From the sequence record NZ_CP118102.1: a DNA stretch of 64,000 nt; one strand, given 5' to 3'. Of the stretch, positions 18,539 through 27,395 are shown in pieces. Below the pieces are notes generated by a model. The model was not told where the DNA came from. It saw only the letters and a list, made by a program, of their open reading frames with translations, and ran no database searches. The translations under genes and the position numbers were made by a program. The stretch is from a plasmid. Numbering within the stretch: the first letter of the stretch is position 1; every line of letters starts with the position of its first letter.

Positions 18539-19891
18539 ATGACGGCAAACCGCAAACAATTGAAACTGGGCTTTATGGTGCACGGCGTCGGGTCGAGCGC
18601 GAGCGCATGGCGGCATCCGGCGGTCGAGTCGGACGCGAGCGTCGCGTTCGACTTTTACCGGCGGCAGGCGCAGATCGCGGAGGCCGGCAAGCTGGACCTC
18701 GTCTTTATCGCGGACGTGCTTTATATTAACGAGCGATCGACGCCGCATTTCGTCAACCATCTGGAGCCGCTGACGCTTCTGGCCGCGCTGGGCGCCGTTA
18801 CTTCGCGGATCGGCCTCGTCGGCACGCTGTCGACGACGTACAGCGAACCCTACGCCGGAGCGCGCCAGCTCGCTTCGATCGACCGGATCAGCGGAGGACG
18901 GGCGGGCTGGAACGTCGTGACGACCGGCATGCGCGGAGCGGCGCTCAACTTCGGCAAAGCGGAGGACGCGCACCCGGATCACGATACGCGCTACCGGATC
19001 GCGGGCGAATATTTGGAGGCGGCGCGCGGACTGTGGGATTCGTGGGAGGACGACGCGTTCGTAAGGGACAAGGAGAGCGGCGTCTTTTACGACCCGGACA
19101 AGCTGCATACGCTCGACTACCGGGGCGAGTTCTTCTCGGTTCGCGGTCCGCTGAACATCGCGCGCTCCAAGCAGGGGCATCCGGTCATCTTCCAGGCGGG
19201 CTCCTCGGAGGACGGTCAGAACTTCGCCGCCCGCCATGCCGACGCGGTCATGACCGGCATTACCGAGCCGGAGGAGGCGCGGCGTTATTATCGGGAGCTG
19301 AAGCGCAAAGCCGCTGCAGCGGGACGAAATCCGGACGATCTGCTCGTTATGCCGAGCGCCGCCGTCGTCGTAGGCCGAACGAGGGAAGAGGCGGAGGAGA
19401 AGTACGAGGCGACCGCTTCGCTCCTGTCGATCGAGGAGGCGATGCGGTATTTCGCGCAGTTTTTCGACTTTCACGATTTTACGCAGTATCCGCTCGACGG
19501 TCCGTTTCCCGAGCTGGGCGACTTGGGGCGCAGCAGCTATCAGAGCTTTACGGACAGGGTCAAGCGCGAGGCGCGGGACAAGGGGCTGACGCTGCGCCAG
19601 ACGATTCGCAGGTTCGCCGCGCCGAAGCCGCGTTTTCTCGGTTCGGCAGCCGAAGTGGCGGACGGCTTGCAGGAATGGTTCGAGACGGGGTCGGCCGACG
19701 GATTTATATTGCACAGCGACGTGCCGGGCACGTTGTCCGACTTCGCGGAGCTTGTCGTGCCGGTGCTGCAAGAGCGCGGTTTGTTCCGCCGCGAGTACGA
19801 GGCCGATACGCTGCGGGGCATGCTCGGCTTGCCCGTGCCGCGCAATCGCTATGAGGCCGCGCGGGCCGCACGCTTCAAGGACGGCGGGTGA
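18539..19891 (+). CDS. LLM-class flavin-dependent monooxygenase (NtaA/SnaA/DszA family)
   Basis: 450 aa. N-terminal KLGFMVHGVGSS...WRHP typical of the nitrilotriacetate monooxygenase / DszA family. Confidence 0.75.
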   Translation: MTANRKQLKLGFMVHGVGSSASAWRHPAVESDASVAFDFYRRQAQIAEAGKLDLVFIADVLYINERSTPHFVNHLEPLTLLAALGAVTSRIGLVGTLSTTYSEPYAGARQLASIDRISGGRAGWNVVTTGMRGAALNFGKAEDAHPDHDTRYRIAGEYLEAARGLWDSWEDDAFVRDKESGVFYDPDKLHTLDYRGEFFSVRGPLNIARSKQGHPVIFQAGSSEDGQNFAARHADAVMTGITEPEEARRYYRELKRKAAAAGRNPDDLLVMPSAAVVVGRTREEAEEKYEATASLLSIEEAMRYFAQFFDFHDFTQYPLDGPFPELGDLGRSSYQSFTDRVKREARDKGLTLRQTIRRFAAPKPRFLGSAAEVADGLQEWFETGSADGFILHSDVPGTLSDFAELVVPVLQERGLFRREYEADTLRGMLGLPVPRNRYEAARAARFKDGG

Positions 19892-21104
19892 ACAGCCAGA
19901 ACAGCAGGGCGGCGGCGCTGACAGCCGCGCCGAGCAGACAGACGCCGGTCCAGCCTGCGGCATGGTAGGTCATCGTGGAGGCGATCGAACCGGCCGCGCT
20001 GCCGAACGAGTAGAACATCATGTAGCCGGCGGTCAGCCTGCTCCGGGCTTCCGGCCGCACGGCCAAGATCAGGCTCTGGTTGGTCACATGCACCGCTTGC
20101 ACGGCCGCGTCGAGCAGGACGATGCCGGCGAGCAGCGCGAACAGCGAATGCGGAGTCATTCCGATCGGCAGCCAGGAGCCGAGCAGCAGAAGCAGCGCCG
20201 CTCCGGTCGTTCGCTGTCCGAGGCCGCGATCGGCCCATCTGCCGGCGCGCGCGGCCGCCATCGCTCCGGCGGCTCCCGCCAGTCCGAATGCGCCGATCGC
20301 CGTATGCGACAGCGAGAACGGCGGAGCGCTGAGAGGCAGCGCCAGCGAAGTCCACAAAATGCTGAATGCGGCGAAAATCAGCATGGCAAGGACGGCGCGA
20401 ACACGCAATATCCGCTCCTGCACGAACAGTGCAAGCATCGATCGAAGCAGTCCGAGGTAGGCGACGGATTCGCTCGCAGGCTCGCGAAGAGGCAGCGTCC
20501 GAAGCAGGGCGACGGCCATAACGGACGTCAGCGCCGCCGATGCGAAGTACACGGCCCGCCAGCCGCCCATATCGGCCAATAAGCCCGCGAACGACCGGGC
20601 GAGTAAAATGCCGATGCCGATGCCGCTTGTCACCAAGCCTACGATGCGTCCCCTCTCGGCAGGGGAAGCCAAAGCGGCCGCGTATGCGACCAGCGTCTGC
20701 GTCACGACGGCGAGTCCTCCGACCGCAGCCATGCCGACGAGCAGCGTCGCGCTCGAAGATGAGAAGCCGACCGCCAGCAGCGCGGCGACGGACAGCAGCA
20801 TCTGCGCCCCGATCAGCTTGCGGCGGTTGAGCAGATCGCCCAGCGGCACGAGCAGCAGCAGCCCGAGCGCATAGCAGATTTGCGTTACTGTAACGACGAT
20901 GCCGATCGTGGAGCGGGCGATGCCGAATTCTCCCGCGATCGAATCCAACAGCGGCTGAGCATAGTACACATTGGCGACTGCCAGCCCCGCGGCAGCGGCA
21001 AACAAATAGGCCGCACGCCGCGAAAGATAGGCCGGCTGCGCGGCTCCTGCTTCAAGATGACCGACTTCTGCCGTACTCCCCGAATGCGAAACGCTATTTT
21101 TCAT
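19875..21104 (-). CDS. MFS transporter
   Basis: 409 aa with 12 predicted hydrophobic segments. ATG at 21104 with AGGAGGAAUGGAGAU RBS. Confidence 0.75.
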   Translation of the reverse strand: MKNSVSHSGSTAEVGHLEAGAAQPAYLSRRAAYLFAAAAGLAVANVYYAQPLLDSIAGEFGIARSTIGIVVTVTQICYALGLLLLVPLGDLLNRRKLIGAQMLLSVAALLAVGFSSSSATLLVGMAAVGGLAVVTQTLVAYAAALASPAERGRIVGLVTSGIGIGILLARSFAGLLADMGGWRAVYFASAALTSVMAVALLRTLPLREPASESVAYLGLLRSMLALFVQERILRVRAVLAMLIFAAFSILWTSLALPLSAPPFSLSHTAIGAFGLAGAAGAMAAARAGRWADRGLGQRTTGAALLLLLGSWLPIGMTPHSLFALLAGIVLLDAAVQAVHVTNQSLILAVRPEARSRLTAGYMMFYSFGSAAGSIASTMTYHAAGWTGVCLLGAAVSAAALLFWLFTRRP

Positions 21105-21281
21105 ATCTCCATTCCTCCTGTTTCTTCTGCATTTCTATTCTGTACCGAACAGTAAATAATAGAGCGTCACAAATATAGCTTTAAAGAATCGAATCTGTCA
21201 ACTCCTGCGGTAATCCTTTGACAATCAACTTTCCAAGGCGTATATTTTAATATACCGTTCGATACGAAATGAGGGAGAAGT

Positions 21282-21920
21282 ATGGCGCGTACGAGGGAGT
21301 TCGACGAGGAGCAGGCGCTCGATGCGGCGATGCGGCTGTTTTGGGAGAAGGGGTTCGAGGGGACGTCTTTAAGCGATCTGACGGCTGGCATGGGCATACA
21401 GCGCCCGAGCCTGTACGCGGCTTTCGGCGACAAGAAGGAGCTGTTCGAAGCCGCGCTCCGCAAGTATACGGGCGACCATGCCGCATACGTCCGCGCCTCT
21501 CTGCAAAATCGCCCTTCTATTATAGAAGCTTTCCGCAGCCTGTTTCGGAGCACGACGGCAACGGTGGACGAAGAGGGGGCGAGCCGGGGATGCTTCTGCA
21601 TCAACTCGATGGTGGAGCTGGCGCCTCATGACGAGAAATTCGCGGTTTTGACCAGGGAGCATCAGATGTATATCGCCGTTCTCTTCCAGGAAGCAATCGA
21701 GCGTGGGATTCGTTCCGGCGAGCTGGCCCCCGGCATTCATGCCAAAGGTTTGGCCCAAGCGCTGGCCGTCTCGTGGATCGGACTGACGGTGCTGGCGAAG
21801 TCCCGTCCGCCCCGGTCGTTTCTCGATCAGTCGGTGGAGGAAACGGTCGCGCTGCTGCGGCGGGGCGAATCGGATCGTCCATCATTCGGAAATTGTGACG
21901 GGGCCGACATAAATTTATGA
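21282..21920 (+). CDS. TetR/AcrR family transcriptional regulator
   Basis: N-terminal HTH ALDAAMRLFWEKGFEGTSLSDLTAGMGIQRPSLYAAFGDKKELF. Confidence 0.85.
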   Translation: MARTREFDEEQALDAAMRLFWEKGFEGTSLSDLTAGMGIQRPSLYAAFGDKKELFEAALRKYTGDHAAYVRASLQNRPSIIEAFRSLFRSTTATVDEEGASRGCFCINSMVELAPHDEKFAVLTREHQMYIAVLFQEAIERGIRSGELAPGIHAKGLAQALAVSWIGLTVLAKSRPPRSFLDQSVEETVALLRRGESDRPSFGNCDGADINL

Positions 21921-22010
21921 CAAAATGATGGTGTCTCCGCGAAAGCCGCGAATGATCGCGCAAGTTATGTTAGCATAGGGGGAGGATAATCTGGAAGGAG
22001 CGGATAAGCC

Positions 22011-22430
22011 GTGCAGCGAGTTCAAAACAGTCGTCTGAGTCTTGAAATGCCCACCAAATCGTTTATCCATGTCTTATTCGATACGATAAAGATCGGAATT
22101 ATCAAATCCAACTTGATCGCGATGTTCGCCGGCCTGTGCATGGCTCTGTACGTAGAAGGAATCCCGTTCTTCGACAAGATCGGCACGATCGTCCTGGCCG
22201 GGATCGGATCTTTCCTCGTCATCGGTTCGGCGGGCGCGTTCAACAATTTGTACGACCGGGACATCGACGCCATTATGGACAGAACGAAGAAGCGGCCGAC
22301 CGTGACCGGATACGTCGGCACGAGGAGCGGCCTGTTCATCGCCATCTGGACCGCCGTATTCGGCCTGTTCGCCTTGTACGTTGCGTCTCCGTTGGCGGCG
22401 CTGTTCGGCTTTCTCGGCCTGTTCCTGTAG
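22011..22430 (+). pseudogene. ctaB: Protoheme IX farnesyltransferase (heme O synthase, UbiA family), truncated after about 139 codons
   Basis: IKIGIIKSNLIAMFAGLCMAL and the first Asp-rich motif NNLYDRDIDAIMDRTKKRP match CtaB/CyoE. The ORF stops at 22430 with only about 4 TM helices, and the second Asp-rich motif and C-terminal half are missing. The GC content drops immediately downstream. Confidence 0.7.
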
Positions 22431-22465
22431 GGGTACCGCCAACATTTTAACGATAATATACGCTA

Positions 22466-22502
22466 AGCCTTCGGATGTACCTGGCTTAGCGTTTTTTCTT
22501 AC
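22466..22502 (+). terminator. Rho-independent terminator-like hairpin just downstream of truncated ctaB
   Basis: ACGCTAAGCC-ttcggatgtacct-GGCTTAGCGTTTTTT. Confidence 0.55.
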
Positions 22503-22614
22503 TCTAAGCCCAATAGTCCGGGCTACACCGCCCGGACTACCGATCACTCACCTTCCTGTTGTTTCAGCGGTCGTAATGAGTTAGCGGACATCAAGTGTAT
22601 GCTTTGAAAACACC

Positions 22615-22646
22615 AAATGACCGCTAATCTTAATTAGCGGTCATTT
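22615..22646. other. Perfect palindrome (14-bp stem, 4-nt loop) at the GC-content junction
   Basis: AAATGACCGCTAAT-CTTA-ATTAGCGGTCATTT. A related half-site TTAGCGGACA lies at about 22581-22592. Confidence 0.6.
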
Positions 22647-22784
22647 AATATTAGGAGATCATTCCTTCATGATGGTTCGTAGAGACGATTTGCGCAACCG
22701 AGGAAACACTCGTGCAGCAAATGAATCGGCAACGAATCGCGCTATAGGAATCGTTTCTGCGCGATACTTCACGAAGCATATTTT

Positions 22785-23129
22785 TTATTTTAATATCAAT
22801 TCGATGATGTTGCTTGTTTTGCCACCGGATGACGAACTTTTTTGACGCATTGTCATCCTCCCTGCACCTGCCATTTCCACGAGAATTTGCCCGATGGCGT
22901 TTGTGGTATCAATCACCATGTTTTTGATTGCTTTAGGTTCCAGCGTCACCCCGTTGTCGATGGCTGTGCCATCGATCACACTTGGCAATACATTGCCGTT
23001 TGCACTGTCTTTGACGACCATGTTAATATTTTTTTCTTCGTCGCTGCCATTGTTGATCGCCACCGAAAGTGTGGTTTCTCCGTTTTTGCGAGACATCGTG
23101 AACGTGGTTTTTGAACTGTTTTCAAGCAT
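22785..23129 (-). CDS. Hypothetical small Asn/Ser/Thr-rich protein
   Basis: ATG at 23129 preceded by AAGGAGG at ideal spacing. 114 aa. Apparently co-transcribed with the upstream minus-strand gene. Confidence 0.6.
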   Translation of the reverse strand: MLENSSKTTFTMSRKNGETTLSVAINNGSDEEKNINMVVKDSANGNVLPSVIDGTAIDNGVTLEPKAIKNMVIDTTNAIGQILVEMAGAGRMTMRQKSSSSGGKTSNIIELILK

Positions 23130-23143
23130 GGGTAAACGCCTCC

Positions 23144-23512
23144 TTAAGCGATTGAATTATTTTGGTTTAACATATCAAAAATGCGCTGTTGTTTATTTTT
23201 TTCATCATCGAGCAGTTTGGAAATAATCCCTTCCAAATTCGTCGTCCCCGACGTGCCGCAGGTACAGCCGCTTGTTGATCCGCTAGAAGGCTGACAGTTA
23301 CAGCAGGTACGGCATTTGCAAAACAAAAGCAATAAGGCTAAAAGCACGGAATTGTCGCTAATTTGAATTTGATTGCCAACGGTGAAGTTGTTGCCATTGG
23401 AGACGGTGTTTGCCGAGTTGTTTGCCGAGCTCGCTAACCCGTTTGCCGTGCTCACTAAGGCGCTGTTGTAGTCAAAGGTGTTGTTGGATTCACTGGTATT
23501 CGTGGATTCCAC
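23144..23512 (-). CDS. Hypothetical small protein with N/S/T-rich N-terminus, hydrophobic stretch and Cys-rich segment
   Basis: 122-aa ORF-track entry with a GTG start. Contains VLLALLLLF followed by CKCRTCCNCQPSSGSTSGCTCGTSG. No clear RBS. Its Cys-rich segment is probably real on this strand, because the overlapping plus-strand ORF N-terminus is the antisense image. Confidence 0.4.
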   Translation of the reverse strand: MESTNTSESNNTFDYNSALVSTANGLASSANNSANTVSNGNNFTVGNQIQISDNSVLLALLLLFCKCRTCCNCQPSSGSTSGCTCGTSGTTNLEGIISKLLDDEKNKQQRIFDMLNQNNSIA

Positions 23513-24051
23513 AACACATCGAAGAGCATATAAACCACCATGGAGAGGAAGAGAACACTTTTAAACTCCCATTACCGGAACTCATTCAATTTGCAGAACT
23601 CCTTGGCAAAGAAGAAAGTGACCGGTACGTAGCCAATTTCAATAGGATGTTGAATCGTAGTTGCGATTATCTAGATTTCAGTATGGAAGGGATAGTTGTA
23701 AACGCTAGTATTCAAATTACCTTGACTGGCTTCTATGGTATTTTATCTCCCTTTCTTAAAGTGTTGTTAGAAATTAAACAAATGGTGCAGCAAGTTTTTC
23801 GTGATAGCAAGTCACAGATAACTAACAGCTCTCAGAATGTAGTTTTACTGAAGGAGCTTAATCAAAGGGTTGGATCCGTTCCTGAAGTATCCATCACTGA
23901 CAGCACAACTGTTGTGTTTGCCCAGATCATGAAGTTCCTCGGTGGGAACTCATCTGAGAGCAGTGATAACTTAACCTTCAGTGATATGAGAAACATTTTA
24001 ACCCATGTACTTGACCAGGTGACTATAAATAGGAAGGATGATGTGGCATGA
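23410..24051 (+). CDS. Hypothetical protein (true start probably internal, near 23650-23690)
   Basis: ORF-track TTG start. The first 35 or so codons are the antisense image of the minus-strand Cys-rich gene. The C-terminal two thirds is open and ends 4 nt before the next gene. No recognisable motif. Confidence 0.4.
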   Translation: MPSCLPSSLTRLPCSLRRCCSQRCCWIHWYSWIPQHIEEHINHHGEEENTFKLPLPELIQFAELLGKEESDRYVANFNRMLNRSCDYLDFSMEGIVVNASIQITLTGFYGILSPFLKVLLEIKQMVQQVFRDSKSQITNSSQNVVLLKELNQRVGSVPEVSITDSTTVVFAQIMKFLGGNSSESSDNLTFSDMRNILTHVLDQVTINRKDDVA

Positions 24052-24761
24052 GCCAGCAGCATTTAGTAGAGAAAAACAATACAGGAAATGAAATGGTTAT
24101 TCGGATCCGCGACCATTATGCACTTCCCATTGTTGAGGAGTATATTGACGGTGTTAAAGTCGGTGAAGGTATTTATACACATGAAGCGGTTGCCAGTGCT
24201 ATTCTTCAGTCTCTAGAAACTGGATTAGTACGAACACCTGTCATGCCAAGAGGTGCTCTCCATTTCGTTGAAATAACGAAGTCCCGTCAGTTTATCTTTA
24301 TGGAGGTGTCTCCTCAAAACAGGAAGGCTTATTATCACGAAGCCGTAATTGAGGAAGTTCCTTTTCCAAGATTGGTATTCGGCTTTGAAATTCATGAGCG
24401 TGATAAAAATTGGGCAATCAGTCAAGTATACCTTGCAGCTTTGGAGGACCAAATCATTCCCAGTGAGGAATCGATGGTCTTTTTTTATCCCTACACCAAC
24501 GTTAAGGAGAATTTTCAAGTTTGCTGGGGTAGTCAGCAGTTACCGGATATTGAACGGTTATCGCAGCTATCCACTTTTCCAGAACTGTTCTTTAACTCTC
24601 CAAATTCGGACTGTTACTACTATAGTTCTAATAACAGCGACATGAATTATCGCGAGCTGGTGACCAAGATTAAGGGAGAAAGATTTCCGCAAGAGTATCT
24701 TAAGGCGACTAATCTTACACTGCAGGCATGGTTCAATCGGATCGTTGGTTTTGAAGTGTAG
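24048..24761 (+). CDS. Hypothetical protein, candidate divergent E2/UBC-like fold
   Basis: 237 aa. Alternating beta-strand-like segments are followed by FFYPYTNVKENFQVCWGS, reminiscent of the E2 HPN flap plus catalytic Cys. Its position next to the JAB and E1-like genes supports this. The inference is weak. Confidence 0.35.
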   Translation: MSQQHLVEKNNTGNEMVIRIRDHYALPIVEEYIDGVKVGEGIYTHEAVASAILQSLETGLVRTPVMPRGALHFVEITKSRQFIFMEVSPQNRKAYYHEAVIEEVPFPRLVFGFEIHERDKNWAISQVYLAALEDQIIPSEESMVFFYPYTNVKENFQVCWGSQQLPDIERLSQLSTFPELFFNSPNSDCYYYSSNNSDMNYRELVTKIKGERFPQEYLKATNLTLQAWFNRIVGFEV

Positions 24762-24798
24762 AACGAGATAAATATTAGTTAAATTAGGAGGAATAAAA

Positions 24799-26199
24799 AT
24801 GTCTAACAACAATTATGGTCAAGGTGATCTATTCTCTTATTTTGGTGATGATTTCGCTGAAGCATTAGAATATGAGGAGAAGAATAAACTACAGCATACT
24901 TCTGACCAATCTATTGAAGAAGATCATAAAGATAACCCTCCATCAGAGAGTCTTACTTCTGATCCAGCAGCTGAAAAAAGTCAAGGTGAAAGCCGTCCGA
25001 CGAAGCTAATCTCACTGGAATCGCGCAGAAGAGTATCAGATTCTTTCTCTAATGATGGTTGTCCTGATGCATGTTCTGATAAAGAATTAGATGACGATGA
25101 AAAAGATGCTTTAGAGGATAAGGCAAGCGATGAACAAGAAGCGGACAAGCGTGAGCTCAGTGGGGAAAGCGGAAACACTTCTGTGATCAAATCAGATGAA
25201 AAAACACCAGTTACCGCTAAGAAGGAAATAGAAAAACCAGAACTGAATCATGCTACCTTTATTTGCTACTCAGGGCTAAGCATTTCTATAACAAAATTCT
25301 TCTCTGAGGATAAGCTAGCTGGTCTTGAGCTTGAGGATGTTCGGAAACGCCTGGAAAAAGATTACCCAGAGCTTTCAAAACAGCGGACAAAAATGGATTG
25401 GGACAAGAAGAAAAATATAATTGTGCCTATGGTCACCGGTGGAAAAAAAGGGGCCCGTTTTACAAATGGCACTCGTGGTTTTTATTCATCTTCTCAAGAA
25501 CTCATTGAGCATCAGGAGCCAATATCCTACCTTGCTGCACAAGATGGGTACTATGAAATACGAGAGAACCTGATAGGAGTATTTATAGGGAGAACGGCTG
25601 CTGAAGAGCTGATTGAATGGGAAGGATTCTCTGTATTTAATTCAGTCTTACCCAAACATCTAGATCGTGAGCCTTGCAGACCTGGATTTAAATACAAATT
25701 ACCTAAGATACCCAAGCAACTCTTTGCTCAACTGGTCTCCTTTTTTATGGACTATACAGATTACGATGTGGAGGTTATGGGTGTTTTCTACTACGATATT
25801 GATCGCCAGCAGTTTATTTTGGATGTTCCTTATCAATCTGTCACCAAATATTCAGTTAACCCTTGGTACTCTGTTTATCCCGGACATGTAGTTAAGGTCG
25901 CTGAAATCCATTCACATAACACGATGCGTGCAGATTTTAGTTCGATTGATGATGAAGATGAAGTAGGGACCATGTTATACGGAGTAGTTGGTAAGATCAA
26001 AAAAGGACATGCAACAGACGTGTTTTTTGATGTCAGGACTCGTGCAGGAATGGCAGGAAAGTTCATACCTATCGATCCCAAGGTATTTATCGAAGGAGAA
26101 TTAACGAGTAACCGGCTAAATAATCATATCGATTATGTCGCCTATCCTAAAGACTGGGTTAAAAAGGTGACAATCATAGGAGGCAATAGAAATGATTAA
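24799..26199 (+). CDS. JAB/MPN (JAMM) metalloprotease-domain protein with acidic N-terminal region and an internal ubiquitin-like segment ending in GG
   Basis: AGGAGGAA RBS. C-terminal JAMM motif E...HSHNTMRADFSSID, that is HxHx7Sx2D. Residues around 140-205, ATFICYSGLSISI...LELEDVRKRLEKDYPEL...NIIVPMVTGG, resemble a beta-grasp ending in Gly-Gly. Confidence 0.7.
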   Translation: MSNNNYGQGDLFSYFGDDFAEALEYEEKNKLQHTSDQSIEEDHKDNPPSESLTSDPAAEKSQGESRPTKLISLESRRRVSDSFSNDGCPDACSDKELDDDEKDALEDKASDEQEADKRELSGESGNTSVIKSDEKTPVTAKKEIEKPELNHATFICYSGLSISITKFFSEDKLAGLELEDVRKRLEKDYPELSKQRTKMDWDKKKNIIVPMVTGGKKGARFTNGTRGFYSSSQELIEHQEPISYLAAQDGYYEIRENLIGVFIGRTAAEELIEWEGFSVFNSVLPKHLDREPCRPGFKYKLPKIPKQLFAQLVSFFMDYTDYDVEVMGVFYYDIDRQQFILDVPYQSVTKYSVNPWYSVYPGHVVKVAEIHSHNTMRADFSSIDDEDEVGTMLYGVVGKIKKGHATDVFFDVRTRAGMAGKFIPIDPKVFIEGELTSNRLNNHIDYVAYPKDWVKKVTIIGGNRND

Positions 26200-27025
26200 T
26201 CTACTTTCACTCACTCCAAACTACACATCACTTTATTATTATATAGTCTTGATTGGTGCAGGAGGGAATGGTGGATATACGGTGCAACGTCTAACTAAGA
26301 TGATGAGTGCATTTAATAATGTTCCATCCTTTCTTATGATTGCTGATCCGGATACTGTAGAGGAAAAGAACATTCTGCGGCAGCCTTTTATCCCGTCTGA
26401 TATTGGGCTCAAGAAATCCGAGGTATTAGCTAAGCGATATGGCGGTACATATGGATTAAAGATCGGTTCTTTCTCAGATTCATATATTGAGTCGGTAGAA
26501 CAAATAGAAAAACTTTTTTCTCTGACGGATTACCGGCATAAGCCTGGACAATACATTCAAAAGGTACTTATAGGTGCTGTAGATAATGATTTTTCAAGAA
26601 ACATCATGAATGATTACTTCAATCGGACGGATGATATCATTTATATTGATGCCGGCATCGAAGGGGTTTTCATGCCAAGTGAGCAGCCACAAGATCAGTG
26701 GTCTACCGAGGAACTAAAGGACCACATGGATAGTGGCTATTCCGGTCAGATTGTTGTAGGACTAAAAAAAGACGGGAAGGAGATCTTACCGCCTCTAAAT
26801 GTGGTTTACCCTATAAATGCGGAAGATGCTATCCCTCCGTCTCACAACTGTGGGTTAGAGCCTTATCAACCACAACGGATGATCGCCAATGAATATGCTG
26901 CCATGCATATATCTACAGTTCTTAATGAGCTTTTTAGCTCAAATTCGATTCATATTCATATATCGAACTTCTCAGCAAGGAATGGTAGCTGCCGTCCTAT
27001 TTATTTTGAAGAGGTACAGGAATAG
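26192..27025 (+). CDS. E1-like ThiF/MoeB/HesA family adenylyltransferase
   Basis: Rossmann VLIGAGGNGGYTV, then the ThiF/MoeB signature ADPDTVEEKNILRQ (D.D.V..SNL.RQ). Overlaps the JAB gene by 8 nt. Confidence 0.8.
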   Translation: MINLLSLTPNYTSLYYYIVLIGAGGNGGYTVQRLTKMMSAFNNVPSFLMIADPDTVEEKNILRQPFIPSDIGLKKSEVLAKRYGGTYGLKIGSFSDSYIESVEQIEKLFSLTDYRHKPGQYIQKVLIGAVDNDFSRNIMNDYFNRTDDIIYIDAGIEGVFMPSEQPQDQWSTEELKDHMDSGYSGQIVVGLKKDGKEILPPLNVVYPINAEDAIPPSHNCGLEPYQPQRMIANEYAAMHISTVLNELFSSNSIHIHISNFSARNGSCRPIYFEEVQE

Positions 27026-27032
27026 CCGCCCA

Positions 27033-27070
27033 ATTGTCACATTTAAAAAGGGGGCATAATAATTACCCCC
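27033..27070 (+). terminator. Strong rho-independent terminator after the E1-like gene
   Basis: AAAAAGGGGGCATAATAATTACCCCCTTTTTT. Confidence 0.8.
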
Positions 27071-27095
27071 TTTTTTCTACAATGAAACACTAGGC

Positions 27096-27125
27096 AATTG
27101 ACGAATTTTGTCTTTTTTGCTATAA
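27096..27125 (+). promoter_or_regulatory. Sigma-A-like promoter candidate (TTGACG, 17 nt spacer, TATAAC) driving a roughly 270-nt leader upstream of the PP-loop gene
   Basis: The sequence reads TTGACGaattttgtcttttttgcTATAAC. The downstream leader contains small hairpins: agacaccggaggtgtct and ccgataatcgg. Confidence 0.4.
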
Positions 27126-27395
27126 CTAAAGTATTACATGAGTTATAAATTTTTCTTTATCGTTGACTATTCGATAAAGAGAGAGTTAAACCGATAATCG
27201 GCTAATAAATATTTTGGGCTTAATTTGCCATGGAGAACATAGACACCGGAGGTGTCTATTTGTGTTTCTATGGCTTTTTTTGTGCCTTACGGGAGGTCAT
27301 ACATAATTAACGAGTACAGAGATCCTTATCAAGTTAGTGATGAATTGTTGATCCCTGCAGAAGACTAGGTTGAAACGCTATGTGCCGAGCAATTT

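Noticed and set aside
18509-19963. 484-aa minus-strand ORF
   Set aside because: It is antisense to the LLM monooxygenase gene, with no RBS or motif.
22430-22700. tRNA gene as the integration target near the junction or integrase
   Set aside because: No cloverleaf-compatible sequence or T-loop (GTTCRANYC) motif was found by eye near 22.4-22.7 kb or 30.9-31.1 kb. The junction is inside ctaB instead.
23410-23600. Cys-rich N-terminus of the plus-strand ORF (MPSCLPSSLTRLPCSLRRCCSQRCC...)
   Set aside because: It is the reverse-complement image of the Cys codons of the minus-strand gene 23144..23512, and it uses a TTG with no RBS. The genuine start of the plus gene is probably downstream.
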